A DNA stretch of 20,000 bases from Spirogloea muscicola (lineage: Eukaryota). The notes under the pieces were generated by a model that ran no database searches, was not told the DNA's origin, and saw only the letters and a program-made list of their open reading frames with translations. The DNA lies in the NCBI GenBank assembly GCA_009602725.1, contig WELB01000021.1:850415-870414 (forward strand). Direction: 5' to 3'. This document shows positions 9,291 through 19,719 of the stretch, piece after piece; the first letter of the stretch is position 1; each line of letters opens with the position of its first letter. Made by a program: the position numbers and the translations under genes.

Positions 9291-12200
9291 TCCTGAGCTA
9301 CTAAATGCTTCTATGGAGCTTGCAAAGTTCTCCAATCTCCTGCAACCAGTGAACTTGCTAAACTACCACGATAATGCACGACGATAGCAAAAATAAGCTG
9401 TCAGACAGCTGGCACGTCCAACATCTACTTAGCACAAGAATGGCAGTTTTACTCCTAAGGAAAGGTATGGCAAAGTGTACTTGTCGGCTTGATAGGAGGT
9501 CCCCTCCCTCCCTTCAGCTTATCTGACTTTCTATGGCTGACACGGGGGTAACTGAGAGGCCCTATTTGCCCAGCCTGCAGCTCCACATATTGTAGATGCT
9601 CTCCAAAGTTCCTCCTCATTAACTCGGCTCGCTTTCAGAGCGGCCCCTGAAGTAAAGCAGCCGCCTTTTTCATACTGATTGACTGATGATCTGGACGGTC
9701 TTCTGAGCCACCTCCCCCCTTTTAGGTCTTCTGCTCTGGGAATGTTGCGTTTCAATGACCACAATAGGCTCACGCATAATTTGACTCGACTTGACCTTGA
9801 ATGGGGTGTCAAGAAACGGTGTCAAGAAAATCGAAGGCAGGGGACCATCATGACACACACAGGAACTTTGCTGAGGATCACTGAATTTTAAATTGAACAT
9901 CAGGCTAAGTGTTGCGTGGGGAATACAAGCTCTAAGGCGACTAGGACACTGAAGTGGGGAATTGCTAGTTGGTATGGAAGGACAACATGCCAACAGGTGT
10001 GGATTGAAGATGGAGGCTGGAGACTGGGGGCTGTTCGAGCGTCGCAATTAAGGCGAACTTTCGCAGGCTTGTCAATTTGCAGTTAAGATTGGCTTTGCTG
10101 TCACTCCTCGATGAACAAGGGATGTGTTTACAAAACTAATGGATAAGCAAGCGTGCAGGTAGGCAGGAATTGACAACGGTGCAAGTGGAAGCTCCCAGTG
10201 TTGAGACCATTGTAGGAGCCTTTGTGGCAGTTTTACAAGAGTTGGGGGTATCCTCTGCAGGCAGCTAGAGAGGTTGTGAAACCACAGTGAGTGCTTCAAT
10301 GAGCACGGTAGCTCCCTTAGCCTCCTCTTTACAGGCATCGCATCCGGCAACCGCTCACCTGTCATCCCGCTATGGCTGCAGTCTTGTCGGTAAGCCAATT
10401 TCTGGCTAGCTCACGCTTGGATACTGGGGAGTGATGCCAATCTGAATTCAAGGTCATGTCCAGCGTAAGAAGCCTGCCTGCACACTAGCATTGCTTTCAA
10501 AAACAATCTGAAACACCGTCAATTAAGATGGCTGATTTACTTGTCTGTCATCCTTGTCCGTCATGATTACTTAGCCTGTCGACTGCAGCTAGTAGGAGGT
10601 ACTTGCAGCGGGGCACGCATGGAAACATACTGCGTAGCATGTCACATTGAAGATAAAATCATTGATCGTATGGGTCCTCGTTTCCATACCCCGGTAGAGA
10701 GTACTGCTAAGACATAAACGATGTGAGGATGTGCTTCCGATGGAGATGAGCTTGCAGCACAGCTGTTAATCTTGCACCTTCTTGTGTCAGCCTGTTTGCA
10801 GCGAGCTCAGGCTCATGCTTTGCACCAGATAGTGGACGAGCTCTAGTTGTTGACATAAGGGCTTTAAAGTCAGTTTTCACGATTCATTCTTGCGCCGTCG
10901 TTTGTCAGCGGTATGCAGTCTGCAGTATCCACTTGGTGTAGTTGCAAACATTGTCCTGGATCATCCCCCAAATAGCGCAGTGGCTGTTCAGGGTGATGAG
11001 GTAGTCCTTTCCGCAGACCGCTTTTGCATCTCCACACCTTGACCATTGGCTGCAACACAAGGATTACGCCGACTTTGCTTGCAGCCTGCGCTCACGTGCC
11101 CTCCCCCTTCTGCTGCCGCCAGCCACCCGCTGTGCCGTTGCGACCAAGCAATGAGACATGCAGGAATGAGTCACATGCACAGGGGTTGTTGATACCCTCC
11201 ATCTTTAGCAAGTGTGCCCGAGTAGGAGCCAGCATGCATGCACCTGCTCAGCAAAGTGGCGGATGTTGCCTACTACAGGTCCCTGAGGAGCAGGCAAAGA
11301 ATGCTCAGCCTGCAGGTGCCTGTCGTGCCCTTCAGCTACAGACCTCTGCAGGCAGGTGATGGATGCTGTGAGCTGCATGGAAAATGGGTATCTCTTGAGT
11401 TCTTCCATGTTGGTGCCTGGCGGAGGCTAGACACACCTGAGCAGCACGCTCCTGCCAAGCAGGTGGTGCACAAGCATAAGCTGCAGGCGCTTGTTGGGCA
11501 TGTGAAGCATGCTGGCTGCTGCTCGAGGACAGATTCCTCTCTTCAGGGCCCAGTACGGGTGGTATTTTTTTCACTAACTGGACGGAGAAGAGACGTGAAA
11601 GTCGTCTTGAAGAGGGGCTGCAAGACAAAGGGTGCATAGAGATAGACAAGCTGGACCAAATCCATGGCACTTTTGCCCATCAGAATTCGCCCAATCTGCA
11701 CAACTTGACGTTGCTAGTTATCATGACAGTATGATCAAGCTGAGGACATGCGGGACAGTCGGCCCGCTTGCTGAAGTGATACAATTAGTGTCTGCTTACT
11801 GGAGCTTTTGCCACTTCCTCAAGACCACATGAAGGCCCTCCGTTTGATGACAACATGCTGCCCTGGTACTTGAAGGTGGGTTTGACCATGTGGCAGAATC
11901 GGCTCCTGAGAAGAGCAAAGGGTTGAAGTGCAAGTGAGGTTACTGTGGAGTCACAGCAACATTACCACAGTGCACATGCAATGCGACAGTACGGATATCG
12001 TGAGGCAAGAGTGTGCTGCACAGTCATATGCCACAACCTAGCGTGAGCAGGTGCTGGTCAAGGCTCATGGTGCTGAGTACATCTCTGTAACAAGCATGGA
12101 GGCTTCACCAGTGAAAATGCCTGTGAAACTAGGCACCACTTGCGTGCTTCAATGCATGCGAAGATACGTAGCAGGGTGATGGGCATGGTCTGCAATACTA

Positions 12201-13633
12201 CCTGCTCTGGCTGGCAAGCTTGCTGCAAGATGATGCTCTGGCAGATACCCTACTAGTGTCTGTGCAGATATGACGATTCTCTAAGTTGGCATAGGCTGTA
12301 TGTCTTCTGCCCATTGAGAGCAACTGCAGGCTTTGCACTTGCTGTGTACATCAGAGTGCCCGGGACAATGGACAACTCTTGTAAGGTTCTGACTATCAAC
12401 CACCAGCTCTTCAAGTGGTGTGACTGTCTTGTGGTGTTACGGTCTCTCCACACCTCCATCTGTAAGTGTGGCATGCTTGCTGAATCTTGGTGCAATTGAT
12501 ACACAGGAATAGAGTCTAGACTGTCCCACCGTGGCTGGGTTCCAGTGTTCTGACAGCCTGCAGGGCCAGGAAGCATCTCAACCTTGCATGAGAAGGTGAT
12601 GGACTTTGAGAGCCCTGGTTTGCACGCACACAGCAGTGATGCTAAGGGTCATCTGATTGGTGGGTGCAGGCAACACAAGCATCGGGTAGCTGATAAGATT
12701 GCTGACTCGTGCACCTTTGGTGCCGAGGCCTACCACGGCCTTAGCTTGATGACATCTCTGGGCCAGCCCATCGCACAGACGACGCAGACTTTGACCTGTA
12801 TGAGAAGTCAACTGAAAACTTGCGCTGTTGACAGAACATGCTCGCTGATGAAGAGATTTGCACAGTGATTCCATAGTGATCGGCTCTTCTGAAAATTTGT
12901 TAAGAGGGAAAGCATGGGCTTGCCATAGGTGGATCCACGACCCTTGCTAAAGAGGCTGGCCCTTGGATTGCCCTTGAAGATAATATTGGACCTGTAGATG
13001 TGGATGTGGCGGTGGTGGAAATGACCACGGGCTTGCAAAGGGGAAGCCCGCAGAGTAGAGTCGTGGAAGCGAAGGGTAGGGGCAGCAAGCCTTGTTGGCG
13101 ATGCCTTGGAGGACTCGGGCAGGAGAAAGGCGGTGATGCTCAGTGCAATAGTCAGAGCTGAGGGCCGCGCAGGCTGTGGAGGACCGCCGGCTGGTAGAAG
13201 ACCTAGCCAAACATTGGAGCTAGTGTAGCAACAAAGTATTGTCTTGAATGTTTCTACATGCATACATACATGAAAAGCGGACTAGTATACAACAGCGTCC
13301 CAAATTTGTTTGTGACGTAACGTCCTTAGTAGCCAGTGGTCGCTATGAACTTGGAAACATCTGCTGTCTGTACACACTTCACATGCTCACAGTGAGCTAG
13401 TAAAGCACAGATATAACGACCTCAGCGTCCTCCCTATTTATATAAACATCCATGGAGGAAAAAACGCACAACACCATAGATAGGAATTGTGCATCATTCA
13501 TCCAACGACGTCAATAGCAGCGAGTTTCTGCTAGAGATGTAAAGAATGTGCTCTGTACACTGAAGCATTGACAGTCCTTACAGAAGCTTATATGCGATAT
13601 TAAGGTTGTAAAGTAGAGTCTTGTCACTGCCTC

Positions 13634-13894
13634 TCATGTCATCGGCAGGTCGTTCGTCATCCGTGGCATGCAATGTCGAAGTCGGTGCCATCTGAACATA
13701 CCACTGAGCGCTTCTTTGGAAGTCACTAGTACAATCATGTTTTGGAGAGGCCACAAAGTCTTCTCCAAAGCTACAGCTGACTGATAGCAGTGCAGCACAA
13801 TCTCTCGAAGCAAGCCTTCATTGACGGCTAGGAATACCTTGACAGCAGTACTTAGCATGGCAGTCTCCCCTCCAGATATGAGAACATCTGCAGC
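13634..13894 (-). CDS. Candidate terminal exon of an unknown gene whose 5' part may lie in the CpG-rich 14150-15000 region
   Basis: A pyrimidine-rich acceptor tttgcttgttctgtag| opens an 86-codon frame (AADVLISGGETAMLSTAVKVFLAVNEGLLREIVL...). An AT-richer, UTR-like stretch follows (13260-13620). Confidence 0.3.
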   Translation of the reverse strand, partial: AADVLISGGETAMLSTAVKVFLAVNEGLLREIVLHCYQSAVALEKTLWPLQNMIVLVTSKEALSGMFRWHRLRHCMPRMTNDLPMT

Positions 13895-15104
13895 CTACAG
13901 AACAAGCAAAGCAGGACAAGTGCATCAGTGACACTTGTTATGCAGGCTTCCAAGGCAGCCCTCTGCTTTGTGAGCGGTGTTTGTCGCAGCACTGTGCCCC
14001 TTTGCCACCTTTCCAAGGGCAGTCATTGAAGCATCTCACATGGGATACAAAGGTCACACGTAAGAAAGGTGAACGTCCCCCTCAACATAGCCAGCTGAAA
14101 TTGGCATACGAGGCTATGGATGCAAGATTGTGTTCTGGTAGGTCATGTTTTGGCTCTAACCACGCAGGATGAGCCGATTGTTGGCTCTTCGACGAGCGCA
14201 GCCTTGCCTTTCTCTTTCCCTGGTGCAGCCGCCATGCCGGAATTGCTGCAGGAGAACGCGATGCGAGCTTGAGTGCTCGGGGCTAACTTGGGCAACCCAC
14301 AAGCTCGTTGTGCATCAAGAAATTTCAGGGATCCGGAGCGCATTGCTCGTCTGACTACCTGCTCGTGGAGGCGGAAGCGGTCGTGCTCGACTTTGCTGGC
14401 AGGGACGGTTCCATGGCGGTGTGGTCGCAGGGCTGGAGAGGACCGCCGCCGAGCGGCAGCGGCCGAGACGGGCGCAGGGGGCAGGGGGTGAGGCTTGAGA
14501 CTGGCAGGCAGCCCTGAGGAGTTGGGGCTATGATTGCACTGAGGGCCTAGCACACAGGGCGATCGGAGCACAGGAGAGTCCAGGCAAATGGCAATCAGCC
14601 TCTGACCAGCCAGAATGAAATGGCTGCCCACATCGCGAGGAGCGCAGTCCTGGCGCCGCCGGGGGCTGGCGCACTCGCCGGGCGCGGCGCCATGGCGGTT
14701 GTTGCTGCAAAGCAGACGCGCTGGCGGGCTTGAGCGCGGGCAAACGAACTTCGGGCACAACGAGGACGAGCACTGAATTGTGCTGCCTCGCAATTGTGAA
14801 GGTATCGGAGCGCGCCGCGCGGCCGTCGACCCGGGGCAGGGAATCGCCGGTGGCAATCCGGCGTCCGGGCGGCGGGCGGCGGCGCCGTGAGTGGGAGGAG
14901 CGCAAGGAACTTGGAGGTCCGGGGGGTGGAGCTCTGCGTTCATACATGCCAGGCCCCGCCCTGCCGCGCCCCCGCAACGGCCCCATCGCAACAAGCATCG
15001 TCCAAAGATACCCCTGTAGCCAGTTCGTGCCCGCCACGCGGCCAGCGGAGGGGCGCGTTAAGGGAAAAGGGGGCGATGGCAAGCAGAGTAAGCGCTTGCA
15101 ATAA

Positions 15105-15345
15105 ACAAAAACCAAAAGAAATTGCTCGCCCAGAAGAAAAGAGGGCCTAGCAAAGCCAGCCCAGAAAACAAGTGGACAAATCTTCGAAGGTCACGAAGGC
15201 CACAAAGCGGTGCCGGAAAAGAAAAGGAAAAAGAAAATACTACACATCAGGACACGAAATGATGCAGATGGATGCTCAGTATCGACGAGTGAGCAGCAGC
15301 AAATCGAAATAACTCGAAGCCAAAATCAGAAGGAGAGGAGCTATT
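15105..15345 (-). mobile_element. 3' fragment of a further sister CRE-like family (C)
   Basis: Minus strand encodes SYFDLLLLTRRY* (TGA at 15278-15276), matching SLSDLRLLSRGY*. It is followed by tttgtccac..ttttctgggctggc and tgggcgagc, as in the family-A UTR. Confidence 0.75.
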
Positions 15346-15349
15346 AGCA

Positions 15350-15428
15350 CTTTTCCAGCCCCTATTCTCAGTGGGCGAGCCCTTCTTCTCTCAATGGGCT
15401 AGCCCCTCTCTATTTAGCAAGGGGAGGA
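15350..15428 (+). mobile_element. Very short family-A 3'-terminal fragment
   Basis: ttttccagcccctattctcagtgggcgagcccttcttctctcaatgggctagcccctctctatttagcaag matches the final part of the family-A 3' UTR. Confidence 0.9.
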
Positions 15429-15520
15429 ATGAGTGTGTATTGAGAGATTGAGGGCCTGTGTGGCCAAGTACCAAGGCAAGCACAACGACAAATGTATGTC
15501 ACCTGCTGCTGCAAGGAGCG

Positions 15521-15837
15521 AGGGATGTGAGAACAAGCTCATTCAAGCTCTTCGTACTTCCCCTGGCCCCTTCTCGTCCTTTGTTCATTCTTTTTTGGGC
15601 TGGCTTTTCCCAGCCCCTATCCTCAATGGGCGAGCACTTCTTCTCTCAATGGGCTAGCCCTTCTCTCTACTTAGCAAGAGAAAGGGATGTGAGAACAAGC
15701 TCAATCAAGCTCTTCGTACTTCCCCTGGCCCCTTCTCGTCCTTTGTTCATTCTTTTTTGGGCTGGCTTTTTCCAGCCCCTATCCTCAATGGGCGAGCCCT
15801 TCTTCTCTCAATGGGCTAGCCCTTCTCTCTATTTAGC
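15521..15837 (+). repeat. Two tandem units of 162-bp period, each about 28 nt of non-element leader plus the family-A 3' UTR
   Basis: agggatgtgagaacaagctc starts at 15521 and at 15683. The units differ by only a few bases. Confidence 0.93.
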
Positions 15838-15991
15838 CCTTCTTTCTATTTAGCCCTTTCTCTTGCTAAATAGAGAGAAGGGCTAGCCCATTGAGAGAAG
15901 AAGGGCTCGCCCATTGAGGATAGGGGCTGGAAAACGCCAGCCCAAAAAAGAATGAACAAAGGACGAGAAGGGGCCAGGGGAAGTACGAAGA
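15711..15991. repeat. Near-perfect inverted repeat with 127-bp arms and a 27-nt spacer
   Basis: 15711-15837 is the reverse complement of 15865-15991, with one mismatch seen by eye (ggcTtttt versus ggcGtttt). Confidence 0.93.
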
Positions 15992-16099
15992 TCAACAAGC
16001 ACAAAAAAGAAACGAAGCAGCTACGAAGCACCCAGTAACCCCTACTAAGCAACCTCAGGTCAGAGAGACTGGGTTCCTGGAAGCGGGTCCCCTGGCCAG

Positions 16100-16720
16100 A
16101 GCCAGAGGCAGCAGCGAGGGCTCTGCCTGCACGCAGGTGCAGCGCGCGGGCCATAGACCTCTGCAGCGAGACGGCCAAGCGCATGCGGTACACCTGCGCT
16201 AGCGACCCTGCTGCATGGGAGTCCGCCGGCTCCCCATAAAAGCGGCGGACAATGGCGTGGCGTAAGAGCTGGTTGAGCAGCTCGAGCCACCGAGCGCCCA
16301 GCGCCCCGTGCGTATCGATTGCGAGCGGGAAGAACTCGTCTTCCCGCGGGTGATCTGCGTATTTAGCTCCTTGGCCGGCGCGGCGCAGGCTACCGCATAC
16401 CCAGCCTTGGTGGCACACTGGGTTGGGTGTGAGCGGTCATATGAGTCCGTGGTCACCACGTCCAGGAGAAGACGTGGCCCGCCTGCTGGTGGGGTGGCCA
16501 CAAGGTTGACGCGACGAGCGTGGAGACCGTCGGCCCGTTGCTGGAGCGGCATGACCACGGAGTTCTCGGCTGCCACCGAGAAGCCAGCCTCCACAAGGAT
16601 GCCATGCGTCGCATCCCGGAGATGGTCATGAGCCGCTGTCCGCTCTCCGCCATGGGAATAGCGCAGAACATGAGCGGCCAGCTCCCCAGGCTCGGCCCCT
16701 CGCTCGCCACATTCACACTG
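16100..16720 (-). other. CCHC knuckle and restriction-like endonuclease domain
   Basis: CECG..HVLRY..GGERTAAHD, RRVNLV..LLLDV, K..KY, FFPLAIDTHG and RLAVSLQR match the conserved C-terminus of RLE elements. Confidence 0.88.
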
Positions 16721-17499
16721 TTGCACACCCTGGAGACATGGCGGCGGCAGGCCCAGGAGCCGGTGGACGGCACTGCGGAACACCTCGTCCGGGAGTGTGA
16801 GGGCTTCAGTGAGGGGGAGGGCCTGGAGCCACGCCGCGGCCCCCGGGGAGGAGGCCGAGTGGAATCGCGCGCGCCCGCGCAGGTCGGCCTCCGGGAGCTG
16901 CAGCAAGGTGGTGGTGAAGGCTGCCTTGTCCATGGCGGCTGCAAAGCGCGCTTAGACGCGCAGGTCGGCGGTGTGCGCGAGGTGCGCGAAGGAGACCGCC
17001 TGGCCCGCCAGGTCCGGGTGCACTGCGAGCAGCTCCTGGTCGGCGGAGCGTAGCGACGCCTGGAAAGGCAGCACACCCGTTTCTACCTCCACCACCGCCT
17101 GCTCCAGCGCACGCCGGCCGTGGACCAAGAAGCGCTGGGCCACGGAGGCGGCTGTCTGCGCCCAGCTGCCGAGGTACGCCGCCCGGCAGAAACGGACAAG
17201 CGGGCGCAAGCCGAGACCGCCGTAACTGAGGGGTAGCGTCACCTGGTGAAGAGCGGCAGGCGACTGGGGGAAGCCCTGGTGGCCGACCAGCGCGGCGAGG
17301 CTCGTCACCATGCCTGCGTCAAAACCCGCGTACGCCGCCAGCGCCCCTGGGGACGGCGGGGTGGCCCGCGTCAGATACTGGGGTCTCTGCGCAATGTCCT
17401 TGGTCAACATGGCCAGAGCCAGCTGCATATCCTGCAGCTCGGGCCGCAGGCTGGAGGTGCTCCTCGAGGCGGGCTCGCAGCTGCCCCTCCACGAAGGAC

Positions 17500-18400
17500 G
17501 GCGCGCCGATGGGGACCCCCAGGAGGGTGAAGCCGTCTGCTGGAGTCAGGCATCCGGGCGGCAGCGCCAGGGTGGATGAGAGGCCGCAGGGGGACCAAGC
17601 CGCGCACTTCGACGCCCGGGTGGACAGGCCAAGGGTGGCCAGCTGCCGCTCGAAGGTGACGAAGGCCGCCGCCACGTCTTCCGGAGGGCCGACCATGGTG
17701 GTGTCGTCAGCGAAGGTGGCCCGTAGGACCCCTGGATGTGCCGCCGCGGTAGCCTGCAGAGCTCGGTGGTGAGCAAGCGCAAAGAAGAAGCTGGCAAAGG
17801 GGTCCCCTTGCCGCGTGCCCGCTTGGGACTGCAGGACCTCCACTTGGTCACCCCCTGTCCTCCAGAGGAGGTCGCTGGGCTGACCGTACCCCAAGCGGAA
17901 AAAGGGTACCAGGGAGGGGGAAGCGGCCCGGAGCTCCTCCGCAATGCAGGCGCGCTCTACGGTGTTGAACGCATTTTTCACGTGGACGGCCAATACCAGC
18001 CACCCCGGGTGTTGGTCCGAGGTTGCACGGACCCCGTGGACCACGGCCTCGCCCCCCACTCCGCAGCCCCGCGCCGTATTGATGTGGCGCCAGGTGCACC
18101 TGTGCCGGCCCGCATGCTGCTGCCAGAGAACGCGGCTCACCAGGCGGTAGAGGACCTCCCCAATGGCAATGGGCCTGACTCCCCCGCTCGGCTTGTCGAG
18201 GGCGAGCAACGTGCTGGTGCACGGTACGCCGCGGATGCTGGCCGGCACATTGTCCCGGGCCAGATGCTGGCAGATCTGCAGCAGCGCGTTGAAGTCCGCA
18301 GCCTCTCCCTTGAGGAAGATCTCCCGCAGGTGCTCAGCAAGCATGCGGGAGGGGCCGCCGGCGGCTGCGCGACGGCTGGTCTGCAGAGCCTTTTTGAGGG
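17500..18400 (-). other. Reverse transcriptase domain of the CRE-like ORF
   Basis: AAGGPS (domain 0), LLALDKPSGGVRPIAIGE, HQYG in the shifted frame, VHVKNAFN, RQGDP, FADD (17714-17703), SKC and LLGVP occur in canonical non-LTR RT order. Confidence 0.95.
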
Positions 18401-19067
18401 CGTTGGCATCCAAGACCACCTCCTCTGGCGGTGCGAAGGCGGCCAACCACGGTGGCAGGGGGGAGCTCGCCGGGGGGTGCAGGGAGTCCAGGGCCGCCCG
18501 AGTCGCCGCATTGGTCGGCGCCAGCATCGCATCGTCGAGGGCCTGCACAGCCCTGGACAGCTCACCCGCGTGGCCGAAGCGGAGTGCCCGGCGGACGCTG
18601 GCCGCCCTGTCGGGGGCTGCCCCTGTGCCCCCACGGTTGGCCGCAGAGGTTGCCAAGGCGGCGTCATGACGCGCCAGAAGCTCCTCCCAGTGCCCGCTCT
18701 CGAACAACTGGACGCGCTCCAGCAGGGGCTGCTGGCCGTGCTTGCGGCTGGCTGGAAAGACACGCCCGAGCACCTGCCGGGGGAAGAGGAGGAATAACTT
18801 CCACGCCGCCTCGTCCCGATGGTCCGCGACGAGCTGCTGCGTCACCGGGCGGAGCGCGCGGCGGAGGTGCGGGCGCACCCAGCGCGGAACGTGGCGGAGG
18901 AGCGGCAGGGCCGCCTGGCGGTGGACTGCGGCCAGGTCGAGGCCAGCCAGCCACTGCCAATGTTGAGGCGTGGGCGGGGACGGCGCAGGAGGCCTGCCTG
19001 GTCTGGCCCGACGACCACCCGCTGCCGCTGCACTCCGAGCCTGTGCTGCGCGGTTGTTACTGCACGT

Positions 19068-19719
19068 GCAGGCTCGCTCGTGGTTGGCCTGGCCGGACCG
19101 TGAGGTGAAGGTCCTCTGGCAGTGCTGCCACAGCAGTGGTTCGGGCGAGTGAGGTGGGGGCAACGGAAGTGAAGCCGGCTCGCTCGGCGGGGTTGGAGGC
19201 GGCGGTGACGGGGGCGGCGTCGATGGCGCCGACTGCGGAAGGCTGGGCGGTTTAGGCAGGAGGCGGGATGGCGGATGGTTGGGAAGGCGGCGTTGGGGGA
19301 GATGGGGGCGGTGGGGACGACGGCGGCAGTGGTGGCGACGGCTCGGCGGGCGGTGGCGGCTGCGGCACCTCTGTCGCCGGAGAAGCACACTCAGGGACGT
19401 CAGGGCCGAGCACATGGGGCATGGTACGCTGAGGACGGAGGAGCGTGGTCACCTCGTGGGCCCCCTCGCATCTCAGGGGTGGAGGCGATAACGCAGGTGC
19501 CCGACGCTTCTCTCGGGCGGGAGGCGATAGAGTATGGGCCTCCGTGGTATGCTCCATGGTATGCGCCGCCTGAGTAGATGCCAGGGCCGGGGCGATGGGG
19601 CTGCAAGCCGCGACGGCCGCTGCGGGCGGCGTGCCGGTGGGGCTGGCATGCCCCTTGCAGTGTTTCCGGTGCAAAGAGACACCGCGGCGAGTTGCGGAAT
19701 CCCGCAGACAAGTTGGGCA
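19068..19719 (-). other. Three CxxC...HxxxC-type zinc fingers separated by Pro-rich linkers
   Basis: CPTC..HRKHC (19719-19657), CPMC..RQRC (19421-19365, degenerate) and WQHC..HERAC (19130-19068, first C to W). Confidence 0.72.

Noticed and set aside
11300..12430. Faint L1-like RT echoes on the plus strand (SYRPL, LKRG..G, SYHDS, TINHQLF)
   Set aside because: Motif spacing is wrong and key residues are missing; not supportable without an HMM search.
11990..12480. Minus-strand VVAYDCAAH (KDZ transposase-like) and TDGGVER (integrase-like) strings
   Set aside because: Isolated short matches in frames full of stops, with no supporting motifs.
13780..13894. Resemblance of DVLISGGETAMLSTAVKVF to a TBC/RabGAP C-terminal helix
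   Set aside because: Too short, and no upstream TBC motifs were found.
17736..18797. 353-aa plus-strand ORF and other long GC-rich overlapping ORFs
   Set aside because: Antisense shadows of the GC-rich RT frame, with no independent motifs.
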